64,000 nt of DNA, taken from positions 352,001 to 416,000 of the forward strand of contig OZ241322.1 of the NCBI GenBank assembly GCA_965199715.1, in the 5' to 3' direction. Below, piece after piece: positions 46,276 to 56,129 of this stretch (positions within the stretch are counted from its first letter, which is position 1; each line of letters opens with the position of its first letter). The notes below the pieces were generated by a model. That model was not told the DNA's origin. It searched no databases and saw only the letters and a program-made list of their open reading frames with translations. The position numbers and the translations under genes are program-made. This stretch comes from Vicinamibacteria bacterium. Its GTDB lineage: Bacteria; Acidobacteriota; Vicinamibacteria; Marinacidobacterales; Marinacidobacteraceae.

Positions 46276-46908
46276 ATGCCCGCGATTGCCGCCCAGCAGG
46301 TGAAGAGCCTCCGGGACCGGACCGGCGCCGGATTCGCCGACTGCAAGCAGGCGCTCGTCAAGGCGGACGGCGACTTCGACAAGGCGGTCCGGCTGCTGCG
46401 CGAGAAGGGCGTCGCCGCCGCCGAGAAGCGCGCCGGGCGGGCGGCCACCGAGGGCCTGATCCACTCCTACATCCACGACGGGCGCATCGGCGTGATGGTG
46501 GAGCTCTCGTGCGAGACCGATTTCGTCGCTCGCAACCAGACGTTCCGCAGCCTCGCCAACGACGTCGCGATCCATATCGCGAGCAACTACCCCGCCCCGG
46601 CGCGCTGGGTGCGCCGCGAGGACGTTCCGGCCGAAGTGCTCGATTCCGAGCGCGAGCTCATCCGGACCCAGATCGCCAGCGATCCGAAGAACTCGAGGAA
46701 GCCGCCGCAGGTGGTGGACCGGATCGTCACCGGCAAGCTGAACCGCTTCCTCTCCGAGCGGGTGCTGCTGGAGCAGCCGTGGGCGCTCGACGACAGCAAG
46801 GACATGACCGTGAACGACCGGGTCATGGAGGCGGCCCAAGCCATCAAGGAGAACATCCAGATCCGCCGGTTCGTCCGCTTCGAGCGGGGCGAGGAGCTGA
46901 GCGGATAG
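46276..46908 (+). CDS. tsf: Elongation factor Ts (short form)
   Basis: VKSLRDRTGAG, LREKG, EGLIHSYIH, CETDFVA, IRRFVRFE; alternative start 46258. Confidence 0.97.
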   Translation: MPAIAAQQVKSLRDRTGAGFADCKQALVKADGDFDKAVRLLREKGVAAAEKRAGRAATEGLIHSYIHDGRIGVMVELSCETDFVARNQTFRSLANDVAIHIASNYPAPARWVRREDVPAEVLDSERELIRTQIASDPKNSRKPPQVVDRIVTGKLNRFLSERVLLEQPWALDDSKDMTVNDRVMEAAQAIKENIQIRRFVRFERGEELSG

Positions 46909-46920
46909 GGACGGCGCGCG

Positions 46921-47619
46921 ATGTCCGACCGGCGCGTCCTGCTCAAGCTGAGCGGGCAGGCTCTCGAAGGCGAGGAGGCCGGGGTCTCGATCGAGGCGGT
47001 CGAGGCGATGGCCCGGCGCATCGCCGCGGTGCGGCGCAGCGGGGTCGAGACCGCGTGCGTGATCGGCGGCGGGAACATCTTCCGCGGGGTGTCCCCGCGG
47101 ATCCGCGGCATGGACCGGGTCACCGCCGACTCGATGGGGATGCTGGCCACGCTCATCAACGCGCTCGCGCTCCAGGAGCGGCTGGAGCGGCTCGACTGCG
47201 ACACCCGGCTCATGTCGGCGATCACCGTGCGCCAGGTGGCCGAGCCGTTCGTGCGGCGCCGGGCGCTGCGCCACCTCGAGCGCGGACGCATCGTGATCTT
47301 CGCCGCCGGCACCGGCAGCCCCTACTTCTCGACCGACACCGCCGCGGCGCTGCGCGCCGCCGAGATCCGGGCCTCGATCCTCATCAAGGGTACGCGGGTG
47401 CGAGGCGTGTTCACGAGCGACCCGGAAAAGGACGAGGACGCGCGTCCGATCCGCCGAATCAGCTACCTCGACGCCATCGGGCAGAAGCTGCGGTTCATGG
47501 ACCTCACCGCGATCTCGCTGTGCATGGAGACCGGGGTTCCCATCGTGGTCTGCCACCAGGACGACATCGAGCGCGCGGCGCTCGGCGAGGAGGTGGGGAC
47601 GCGGGTCGGCACGCCATAG
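46921..47619 (+). CDS. pyrH: Uridylate kinase
   Basis: RVLLKLSG, VIGGGNIFRG, MGMLAT, GTGSPYFSTD, MDLTA. Confidence 0.97.
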   Translation: MSDRRVLLKLSGQALEGEEAGVSIEAVEAMARRIAAVRRSGVETACVIGGGNIFRGVSPRIRGMDRVTADSMGMLATLINALALQERLERLDCDTRLMSAITVRQVAEPFVRRRALRHLERGRIVIFAAGTGSPYFSTDTAAALRAAEIRASILIKGTRVRGVFTSDPEKDEDARPIRRISYLDAIGQKLRFMDLTAISLCMETGVPIVVCHQDDIERAALGEEVGTRVGTP

Positions 47620-47628
47620 ACTTTCGCC

Positions 47629-48186
47629 ATGAAGCACGAAGTCCTCGATGACGTGAACCGCCGGATGACCCGGACGGTGGAGAATTTCGAACGAGAAATG
47701 GCCGCCGTGCGCACCGGGCGCGCCTCGGTGGCGCTCCTCGACGCGGTCCGGGTGGACTACTACGGCCAGAACGTTCCGCTGAACCAGGTCGCCGCGCTCA
47801 AGACCCCCGACGCGCAGACGATCACCGTCCAGCCGTGGGAGCGCCACATGCTCCAGCCGATCGACCGGGCGATCCGGGTCGCCGATCTCGATCTCAACCC
47901 GACCTCCGACGGCGCGCTGCTGCGGATCCCGATTCCGCCGCTCAGCCAGGAGCGCCGCCGCCAGCTCGCGAAGTCCATCGCCAAGATGGCCGAGGACCAC
48001 AAGAACGCGCTGCGCCGGATCCGTCGGGACGCGAATCAGAAGCTGAAGAAGAGCGCGAAGGCGGGCGATCTCTCGGAGGATCTCGAGCGCGACCTCGAAG
48101 CCGAAGTCCAGCAGCGCACGAACCGCTACGCCAGCCAGATCGCGGACCTCGCCGGCAAGAAGACCGAGAGCATCCTCACGATCTGA
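47629..48186 (+). CDS. frr: Ribosome recycling factor
   Basis: VRTGRA, VDYYG, PLNQVA, LNPTSDG, PPLSQERR, IRRDAN. Confidence 0.98.
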   Translation: MKHEVLDDVNRRMTRTVENFEREMAAVRTGRASVALLDAVRVDYYGQNVPLNQVAALKTPDAQTITVQPWERHMLQPIDRAIRVADLDLNPTSDGALLRIPIPPLSQERRRQLAKSIAKMAEDHKNALRRIRRDANQKLKKSAKAGDLSEDLERDLEAEVQQRTNRYASQIADLAGKKTESILTI

Positions 48187-48208
48187 CCCGCCCGGGCCGG
48201 AGCGATCG

Positions 48209-49636
48209 ATGCTGCCGACCCACGGGATCCGGCTGCGGCTCAAGAACGACGGCGAGTGCCGCCGGTGCGGGCAGACGCTTCGAGCCGGCATCTACGCCTA
48301 CTGGTCTCCGTCCACGAAGGATGTTCGGCGCATCGAGCGCCCATCCTTGACCACCGCACATTCATCGAGCGCAAGCGCACATCCGTCACTCCGCCCCGAC
48401 TGCGCTCGACGCGCTCCGCGGCGGCATGACTCAGAGGCTGCGGACGAACTCCAGTTCGCGTGGGAACGACTTTGCTGTCCGGCGCTGCGTGGAGGCCGAG
48501 GCCGCCGACTCTCCAGTCCCCTATTCGACACAGGGTCCCAAGTGGTTCGTTCACAACGGAACCGAGGAACTTGTGGTCGGCACGGCGGACGCCATTCCCG
48601 CGCCACCGTCGGCTCGACGGAGACGCCTTGGATGACCGTCGATCGCCGCTCATCCATGGGTGGCCCATCCTGCTGCTCACGAACGGAGACGTTGGTCCGC
48701 TGTTCGCGCTTCCGGTGAAGCCGGACCGAGGCACGGACGGCCGCTGGTCTCTCCGCGCCGACGCGGAGCCGGCGTTCAATCCGGCCCTCGCCGTGGGACG
48801 CCACATCAACCCGACGTTCTTGAAGAACTCGAAGCCTTGCTGGACGAGGGCATGCCGTTCGACAACCCCGACGAACTCGCGCAGGTAGCGAGGGGGATGG
48901 CCCGATCCATGCGTCTCGCCATCCGCTCCTCGCCGAACCCCGCTGCGCTGGTGGGCGCGGTCCCTCCACAGGCAGGCCTACACAACGCGGCCATCACAGT
49001 TCTTGCCGACTGGACTGATTACACGGCCGGCCTGCTGCGGGAACTCAGGTCCCTGCCCAAGCGTGAGGACTGGAACTGCACCTGGCGGCGGCGCTCATTT
49101 CCGGCGCTCCAGGGCCGAGACCGCGCTCCCGCGTCTCCGGGTCGGCCAACGCGCCGCTCTCCAGCAATCAGCGGCAGAAAGACGCGCTCGAGAGCCTGCG
49201 TACGCAGCCCCTCACTGGAGTTGCCCCGGTTTCGTGGACGCCTAACCTCTAGCGAGGAGAGCATCCACGATGATGACCAAGAAGAAGCGGAAGCGTCCGC
49301 AGCGGCCGGCAACACATGCAGCCAAATGGACTCGATCCCGCGGCCAAGCCGACCGTTGAGGGCCATGAGCCCGACTTCGCGATCCTGGACGACGGCGTGC
49401 GCTTGAACATCGAGGTGGACGGGCGGCACCACATGGACCGGCGAGGTCGCCAGCGGCGCCAAGACGTCGCGAGGGATCGGATCCTCGAGAAACTTGGTTG
49501 GACCGTGCTCCGCATTCCCGCGTGGCGGATCCAACAGGAAACGGACGCCGTGATCGACGAGATACGCCGTGCCCGGAATCGGCTGCCGAGCGCGAAGGCT
49601 ACTGACGGTCGAGGCGGCGCAAACCCTCCAGCATGA
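48209..49636 (+). pseudogene. Multiply frameshifted remnant ending in a DUF559/Vsr-like endonuclease domain
   Basis: Protein-like segments hop between frames (RRCVEAEAA, IHGWP...PLF, LHNAA...YTAGLLREL); terminal DFAI...LNIEVDGRHH...DVARDRILEKLGWTVLRIPAW; visibly more A/T than flanks. Confidence 0.75.
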
Positions 49637-50882
49637 CCTGGGCGCCGGCGGCGACGTGCGCCGTTTCGGTGAACTCCAGCGGCGAGTGGCTGATTCCGTC
49701 CCGGCTGGGCACGAAGACCATCCCGATGGGCGCGAACGTCGCGATCGACTGCGCGTCGTGCCCGGCGCCGGACGGCATCCGCCGGTAGTCGAAACCGAGG
49801 TCGCCGGCGGCGCCCGCAAGCAGGTCGATGATCGCCGGGTCGCACGGGGCGGCGCGGCTCAGGTAGTAGGGCTCGAACCGGATCTCGGTGCCGTTGCGGC
49901 CCGCGATCTCGGCGCCGACCTGCTGGAAGCGCTCGTAGAGCTCGTCGATGACCTCCACGCGCAGGTCGCGGATTTCGAGCGTGAGCTCCACCTCGCCGGG
50001 AATCACGTTCGCCGCGCCGGGCCGCGCCTCGATCCAGCCCACTGTCGCGACGTGCCGGCCCTCGCGCGCCCGCGCCTCGTCGTTCACGGCGGCGACGAAG
50101 CGTCCGGCGGTCACCATCGCGTCGCGCCGGATCGCCATGGCCGTGGTTCCGGCGTGGTTCGCCATTCCCGTGATCGTCACCCGGAATCGCCGGATGCCGA
50201 CGATCCCCTCCACCACGCCGATGGGAATTCCCGCTTCGTGGAGCGTCGGGCCCTGCTCGATGTGCGTCTCGAGGAACGCCGCGTAGGCGCCTTGCGGCAG
50301 CGCCGCCTCGGTGACGCGCGCCGGGTCGCCGCCGACCCGGGCGAGCGCCTCGCCGAGCGTGAATCCGCCGTACACCGGGCGGTCGAGCTCCTCGGCGCGC
50401 ACCTCGCCGGCGAGCGCCCGGCTCCCGGTCTTGCCGTTCTCCTCGTTGAAGAAGACGACCGCCTCGAACGGATGGCGTCGCCCGCCCTCGGCGTGGAGCG
50501 CGCGGGCGCATTCAAGAGCCGCGACCGAACCCACCATGCCGTCGAAGTTGCCGCCTTCGGGCACCGAGTCGAGGTGCGATCCGGCGACGAGCGGCGGGAG
50601 TCCGGGCTCGCTTCCGGGGAGGCGCCCGATGAGGTTGCCCGCGACGTCGATGCGGACCTCCATGCCGGCTTCCTCGAGCCACGAGGCGAAGAGTTCGCGG
50701 GCGGCGAGGTCGGCGTCGCTGCCGGCGGTGCGGGACACCCCGCCCTCGGGGTTCGCGCCGAAGCGCGCGAGCGCGTCGAGGGCCTCCCCGACGCGGGACT
50801 CGGGGACGGCGACGGCGGGACGGGCGAGGGCCGCGCCGGCGGCCGCTGCGAGCCACTCGCGCCGGCTCAGGGGGACGTTCAT
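49599..50882 (-). CDS. M20 Zn-dependent hydrolase (allantoate/N-carbamoyl amidohydrolase family) with Tat signal
   Basis: SRREWL Tat motif; GSHLDSVP.GGNFDG, NEE, ETHIEQGP, NHAGTT, SGAGHDAQ, GISHSP.E. Confidence 0.92.
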   Translation of the reverse strand: MNVPLSRREWLAAAAGAALARPAVAVPESRVGEALDALARFGANPEGGVSRTAGSDADLAARELFASWLEEAGMEVRIDVAGNLIGRLPGSEPGLPPLVAGSHLDSVPEGGNFDGMVGSVAALECARALHAEGGRRHPFEAVVFFNEENGKTGSRALAGEVRAEELDRPVYGGFTLGEALARVGGDPARVTEAALPQGAYAAFLETHIEQGPTLHEAGIPIGVVEGIVGIRRFRVTITGMANHAGTTAMAIRRDAMVTAGRFVAAVNDEARAREGRHVATVGWIEARPGAANVIPGEVELTLEIRDLRVEVIDELYERFQQVGAEIAGRNGTEIRFEPYYLSRAAPCDPAIIDLLAGAAGDLGFDYRRMPSGAGHDAQSIATFAPIGMVFVPSRDGISHSPLEFTETAHVAAGAQVMLEGLRRLDRQ

Positions 50883-51622
50883 GGATCGCCAGTGTACGCG
50901 GCGATGGGCGCGACCTCGCGGTCCTCGGCGAACCCGACGATTCCGGCGGCGCGCACCGGAATCCAGCCGTTCGCCGGAGCGCCCCGGACCTCGACCTCGA
51001 GTCCCTCCGGGAGACGCGCCAACTGCGGAAACGAGTCCGCCGGGCCGCTGCGGATCACGGCGGCCGGCGCAATCACCAGCGCACGGTCCGGGCGGGCTGA
51101 GCGCAGCGCGAGGAGCGCGACGAGAACTCCCGAGGCCAGAACCCCGAGGACGAGTCCGACGGTCAGGAGCCGCCGGCGCGAGCCGAGAATGCGCGCGGTC
51201 AGGAGCGCTCCGGCGAGGAAGACCGCGGCGAGGAGCGCGATCCGCAGGCGCGACCTCGGCGTCCGGGCGAGCCGCGCGCCCGGTCCGTCCATCGCCGCGT
51301 GCAGGTCGCGGGCGAAGGAGTCCGCGTTTCCGAGGCGATCCGCGACGAGGCCCCGGGCAAGCGCGAGGTTCGCGAGCGCGTCGGAATCGCCGGGGCGTTC
51401 GAGCAGCGAGCGTTCCCAGTGGAGCATCGCCAGACCGAGCCGCCCCTCCCGGAACCGGGCGTTCCCGAGGTTGTACTGGAGCGCCGCCGGATCCCCCGGC
51501 CCGGAGCGTGCGAGGAGCTCGTCCCAGATCGCGCCGGCGCCCGAGTAGTCGCCCCCGTCGTAGCGGTGGGCGGCGTCCTCCGCCGTTTGGCCGAGCATGA
51601 GCGCGAGGACGAGCAGCTTCAT
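50879..51622 (-). CDS. batE: BatE-like TPR + SH3 protein
   Basis: YNLGNA, DALANL, two TMs, IRSGP...LPEGLEV (SH3b). Confidence 0.8.
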   Translation of the reverse strand: MKLLVLALMLGQTAEDAAHRYDGGDYSGAGAIWDELLARSGPGDPAALQYNLGNARFREGRLGLAMLHWERSLLERPGDSDALANLALARGLVADRLGNADSFARDLHAAMDGPGARLARTPRSRLRIALLAAVFLAGALLTARILGSRRRLLTVGLVLGVLASGVLVALLALRSARPDRALVIAPAAVIRSGPADSFPQLARLPEGLEVEVRGAPANGWIPVRAAGIVGFAEDREVAPIAAYTGDP

Positions 51623-53463
51623 CGCGTCAGCTCCGCCTCGAGCGACGCGATCAGCTCGCGGGCCTCGGACGCGCCCGGCGCCTTCGCCGCGTCGCCCCGA
51701 TAGCGGGCGCCCTCGGCCTCGGAAAGCGTCCGCCCGAGCCGGTCCGCGGAATCGGCAGCGCCGACCTCTCGGAATCGCGCGGCGGCCGCGTCCGGCGTGA
51801 GGCCGGCGGGAGATCCGCCGAGCCGGTCGGCCGCGTACCGGTAGAGGATTTCGGCGACCGCGCCGCCGGTCTCGGCCGGATCGAGGTCGGGCCGCAGCCT
51901 GCGCAGTCGGCGGGTCGCGGCGCCCGCCGCGCGCGCACGGCGGTAGGCGTCCGCATGGAGGGCGCGGTCGCGCCGACGCCGGGCGAGCGCGAGCACCGCA
52001 AGGTTCCACGCCGGGGGAAGCGCGAGCGCGACCCAGAAGAGTCCCGTCCAGTCGCGCGCCGGCGCAGCGGGACCCACGGGCTTCAGGTAGCGGATGTCGT
52101 CCCCGAAGCGGGCGCCCGGCGAGGCCGCGGCCGCCGGCGCGCCGATGTCGGCGGAGCCCCCGGTCACGCGGATCGGAATGGGGTCGGTGGCGAGGCGCTC
52201 GTAGGCGCCGAGGCCGGGATTGAAGGCGTGGAGCGTGGCCGGCCCGATCTCCCGCGCTCCGCCGCGCTCTGCGACGACCGGGAAGGACCACGAGCGAACG
52301 CCGCCGAAGACGAATCGGTCGCCGTCGGCGCGAAGCCCGGCCGCTTGTTCGTTGTCGGGATCGAAAACCCGGAAATCACCGTCGAGCGTCGGGTCGAGCG
52401 CCGGCGGATCCACTCCGCTGAGGTTCCCCTCCCCCTCGAGGCGAACCCGCAGGACGAGCGTCTCGCCGACCGCGGCGTCCCGTCCGTCGAGCGGCTCCCC
52501 GTTCCGGAGCAGCTCGCCCGACAGCGCGAATTCCCCGACCGTTCCGCCGAAGTCCGGCGGCCGGCCGGTCTCGGGAAGCTCCTCGACCCGCAACGCGACC
52601 GCGGGCGCCGTGCGGGCGTGGACCACCTGCTCGGGACTGAAGAGCGAACGGCTGCGCGTCCGGACGCCGATCTCGAAGGTCGGCCCGGGAAGCACGCGCT
52701 CGCCGGCGCCCGCCGGGAACACGGCGCGCATCAGGATGGGCCACGTGTCGTACTCCACGCCATCGACCACTCGCCGCTCGCGGACCGGACCGGGGAGGGC
52801 CCGGCGGGCGGCCACGTCGTCCGGGGAAAGCCCCCGCTCGAGCCATGGCACGTCCGGGAGCGTCACGTCCTCGATCCAGACGCCCTCGGGACGGGCGCCG
52901 CCGGTTTCCTGCGCGAAGAGGACCGGAACCCGCGCGTAGAGCCGGTAGAGCACGAGGACCTGCTCGCCGACGCGCACGTCGCGGCGGTCCGCCTCGACCC
53001 GGACGAAGAGATCGTCGAGGTCGAGCGCCGGCGCGCGGTCCGGGCGGCCGAAGAGCGAGTCGAGCGGCGACGCGAAGGGATCCACGGAGCGCGGCCGCGA
53101 CGGGGCCCGCACCCGCCCCGGCTCCACCCGCAGCGTCAGCGGCTCGGTGGGCGCGTAGCCGGGGACCGGAATCGCCGGGATCGCGAGGTCGCCGGTCCGG
53201 GTCGGCTGGAGGACGTAGGTCCAGCGGGTCTCGCGGTCGAGGCTCCCTCCTGAGAAGCTGATGCTGGAGCCGCGCGACTCGCCGCGCACTTCGAGGCCGG
53301 GCATCCGGGGCAGCTCCGGCGGACCGTCCCGCTCGCCGGGGACCGAGACGCTCAGGTTGACCGTCTCTTCGAGGCCGATGCGGCTCGCTTCCAGCTCGGC
53401 CCGCGCCGCCTCCTGCACGCCGGCCGACCCGGCGGCGAGCGCCACGATCGCGACGAACCGCAT
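51619..53463 (-). CDS. batD: BatD-like protein
   Basis: TYVLQP...G.L.IP, VGEQVLV.Y, F.GTVGEF, GEGNL, DIRYLK then TM. Confidence 0.85.
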   Translation of the reverse strand: MRFVAIVALAAGSAGVQEAARAELEASRIGLEETVNLSVSVPGERDGPPELPRMPGLEVRGESRGSSISFSGGSLDRETRWTYVLQPTRTGDLAIPAIPVPGYAPTEPLTLRVEPGRVRAPSRPRSVDPFASPLDSLFGRPDRAPALDLDDLFVRVEADRRDVRVGEQVLVLYRLYARVPVLFAQETGGARPEGVWIEDVTLPDVPWLERGLSPDDVAARRALPGPVRERRVVDGVEYDTWPILMRAVFPAGAGERVLPGPTFEIGVRTRSRSLFSPEQVVHARTAPAVALRVEELPETGRPPDFGGTVGEFALSGELLRNGEPLDGRDAAVGETLVLRVRLEGEGNLSGVDPPALDPTLDGDFRVFDPDNEQAAGLRADGDRFVFGGVRSWSFPVVAERGGAREIGPATLHAFNPGLGAYERLATDPIPIRVTGGSADIGAPAAAASPGARFGDDIRYLKPVGPAAPARDWTGLFWVALALPPAWNLAVLALARRRRDRALHADAYRRARAAGAATRRLRRLRPDLDPAETGGAVAEILYRYAADRLGGSPAGLTPDAAAARFREVGAADSADRLGRTLSEAEGARYRGDAAKAPGASEARELIASLEAELTR

Positions 53464-54170
53464 CAGTGGCGGCCCCGGCGCACGGCGCGGGCGCGGTTGG
53501 CCTCGCGCCGATCCTCGTGGAACTGGCGCTCGATCTCCGCCAGCGCGGAGAGGATGCGCTCGGCTTGCTCCGGACTGAATTCGGGAACCTCGCCCGGCCC
53601 TTCCCACGGCTGCGGCTCGGATTCGGACGGCTGCTGGTCCTGATCCTGTTCCGGTTCCTGCTCCCGGTCCTCGTGCTGGTCCTGGTTCTGTTCCTGCTCC
53701 TCGTCCTGATCCTGCTCGTCTCCCCCCTGCTCGTTCTGCGGCTGCTCCTGCTCCTGTTCGTCCTGCTGGCGGCGCAGCGCGAGCTCGAGGTTCTGGCGCG
53801 CCTCGACGTCCTCGGGGTCCAGCACGATCGCCTCGCCGTAGGCCGTCGCCGCGTCCGCGAACGCCTCCGCCTGGAACAGCGCGTTGCCGAGGTTGAAGAA
53901 GGAGTCCCGCCGCATCGTTCCTTCGGATCGGTCCGCCGCGGACCGATACCCGAGCAGCGCGTCCGCGAGCGACTCGCCGCCCATCCGGTAGTGCACCCCG
54001 GCGATGTTGAGGTCGTTCTCGGGCGCGTCCGGGTGCGCCTCGAGCGCCCGCGAGAACGCTCCGAGCGCCGCCGGGAGGTCGCCCTCGGCGAACCGGCGCG
54101 CGCCCTCCTCGGTGTCCGGGTCGGGGCCGCCGAGGATCTGCGCGGCGAGCGCCAGCGGGAGGAGGATCAT
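53463..54170 (-). CDS. batC: BatC-like TPR protein with Q/E/D-rich linker
   Basis: FNLGNALF, ARQNLELA, low-complexity Q/E/D tract, AERILSAL. Confidence 0.82.
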   Translation of the reverse strand: MILLPLALAAQILGGPDPDTEEGARRFAEGDLPAALGAFSRALEAHPDAPENDLNIAGVHYRMGGESLADALLGYRSAADRSEGTMRRDSFFNLGNALFQAEAFADAATAYGEAIVLDPEDVEARQNLELALRRQQDEQEQEQPQNEQGGDEQDQDEEQEQNQDQHEDREQEPEQDQDQQPSESEPQPWEGPGEVPEFSPEQAERILSALAEIERQFHEDRREANRARAVRRGRH

Positions 54171-55168
54171 GCGGGCCGGGCGCTCCGGCGGACGAGCCCC
54201 CACGCCCCGAGGCTCGCGAGGCCGAGCGAGAGCGGAATCGGGAACCGCTCCACGGACCGGCGGGAGAACGTGTCCCCGAGGCGGCGGCCCTCGAGTCCGC
54301 CGAGGAACTCGGCGACGCCGTCGATCTCCGCGTCGTCGCGGGAGATCCGGAACCACTCGCCGCCGGTCGCCCGGGCGAGGTCGGCGAGCGCGGCCTCGTC
54401 GAGCCGGCTCACCACCGGGTTCCCTTCCCGGTCCAGCATGATCCCGGGGCCGCGGTCGCCCGCGACCGGAATCGTCTCGCCCGCCGGAGTGGCCACGCCG
54501 ATCGGCAGGATCGTGATCCCGCGCTCCGCCGCGAGCGCGGCGACCTCGCCGGCGGCCCGGGGGCGGGCCGCGTCCTGCTGGCCGTCGGTGAGCAGCACGA
54601 CCACCGGGTGGCGGCTCTCCTGCCGGTCGAACGCCTCCACCGCGGTCTCCATCATCGCGCCGAGATCGGTTCCGGGGCTCTCCACGACCCCCGTGGCCAC
54701 CCCGGCGAGGAGCGTGCGGACCGCTCCGAGATCATGGGTGAGCGGACACTGGACGAACGCGTCGCCGGCGAAGGCGAGGAGGCCCATCCGGTTCCCAGCG
54801 AGGCGCCCGGCGAGCTCGGACGCGACGTACTTGGCGCGCTCCATGCGCGACGGGGCCACGTCGCGGGCGTCCATGCTGAAGGACGCGTCGATCGCGACGA
54901 GGATGTCCACCCCGACGAGCTCCACGTCCCGCTCCTCGAATCCCCAGCGCGGGCGCGCGGCGGCCGCAGCGAGAAGCGCCAGCGCCAGAATCAGCAGGCC
55001 CTCCCGGAGCCGCCTCCGGCCGCGCGACTCCCGCTCCAGCAGACTCGACGCATGCAGCCCCACGCGCTGCAGCATGGCCCGGGCCCGGACCGCCCGAACC
55101 CAGAACAGGAGCGCGGCGAGCGGCGCGAGCGCGAGGAGGAAGAGTGCCCCCGGTTCTCCGAACCGCAT
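54167..55168 (-). CDS. batB: BatB-like vWA protein
   Basis: ARPRWG, DASFSMDARDVAPSR, FAGDAFVQCPLT.D, LLTDG. Confidence 0.88.
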   Translation of the reverse strand: MRFGEPGALFLLALAPLAALLFWVRAVRARAMLQRVGLHASSLLERESRGRRRLREGLLILALALLAAAAARPRWGFEERDVELVGVDILVAIDASFSMDARDVAPSRMERAKYVASELAGRLAGNRMGLLAFAGDAFVQCPLTHDLGAVRTLLAGVATGVVESPGTDLGAMMETAVEAFDRQESRHPVVVLLTDGQQDAARPRAAGEVAALAAERGITILPIGVATPAGETIPVAGDRGPGIMLDREGNPVVSRLDEAALADLARATGGEWFRISRDDAEIDGVAEFLGGLEGRRLGDTFSRRSVERFPIPLSLGLASLGAWGLVRRSARPA

Positions 55169-55169
55169 G

Positions 55170-56129
55170 TCAGGGGACGGTCCGGAACGCCGTCGCCTCG
55201 AGTCCGACGGCCAGAAAGAGAAGGATCGAGGCCCACCCGGCGAAGACCGGCCCGCGATCCGCCCAGGTCGCCCACGAGGGCTCCTCGATCTCGGTCCGCT
55301 CGAGGCGGTCGATCTCGGCGTACACCTCGGCGAAGCTCTCCCGGTCCCGCGCCCGGAAGTAGCGCCCGCCGGTGGCCTCGGCCACCTCACGGAGCGCGTC
55401 CTCGTCGATCGCCGGCGCCTGGCGCGTCGCCAGCAGCCCCCGCAGCGACCGGCCGTCGCTGCCGGCGCCCACCGTGTACACGCGAATGTCGCGCGACTTC
55501 GCGAGGCCGGCCGCCGTTCGGGGATGGATCTCGCCGGCGTTCGAGACTCCGTCGGTGAGCAGCACGATCACCCGGCTCTCGGCGTCCGAGTCGGCCAGCC
55601 GGTTCACGGCGGCTGCGATCGCGTTGCCGATCGCGGTTCCGTCGGGCAGGTCGCCGATCCGCACCGAGTCGATCCGCGCCCCGAGCACCTGGTGGTCCAG
55701 CGTGAGCGGGGTCACGGTGACCGCGTTGCGGGCGAACGCGACCGCGCCGAGGCGGTCGCCCGAGCGGCGGGCCACGAAGTCGGCAAGCACGTCCTTGGCC
55801 GCCATGAGCCGGGTGCCGCCGCCGAGGTCCTCGGCCTGCATGCTGGAGGAGATGTCGAGCGCGAGCACGATGTCCACCCCGGCGCCGGTCGTGACTTCCC
55901 GCGCCAGCCCGATCTGGGGCCGGGCGAGGGCGAACGCGCCGAGCGCGAACGCCGCGAGGACCAGCGCCAGGGGCAGGAACGCGAGCCGCGCGCGCCACGA
56001 GCGCGGCAGGCCCTTGAAGCCCGCCGCCCCGGGAAACCGCAGCGCCGGCGACCGGTCCCGGAAGATGCGGAAGCCGAGGAGCGGAACCGCCGCCAGCAGG
56101 AGCAGCGCGACCGGCCAGAGCAGGCGCAT
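55170..56129 (-). CDS. batA: BatA-like vWA protein
   Basis: LARPQ, DISSSMQAED, DGTAIG, LLTDG..NAG, TGGRYFRA, IDRLE. Confidence 0.9.
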   Translation of the reverse strand: MRLLWPVALLLLAAVPLLGFRIFRDRSPALRFPGAAGFKGLPRSWRARLAFLPLALVLAAFALGAFALARPQIGLAREVTTGAGVDIVLALDISSSMQAEDLGGGTRLMAAKDVLADFVARRSGDRLGAVAFARNAVTVTPLTLDHQVLGARIDSVRIGDLPDGTAIGNAIAAAVNRLADSDAESRVIVLLTDGVSNAGEIHPRTAAGLAKSRDIRVYTVGAGSDGRSLRGLLATRQAPAIDEDALREVAEATGGRYFRARDRESFAEVYAEIDRLERTEIEEPSWATWADRGPVFAGWASILLFLAVGLEATAFRTVP

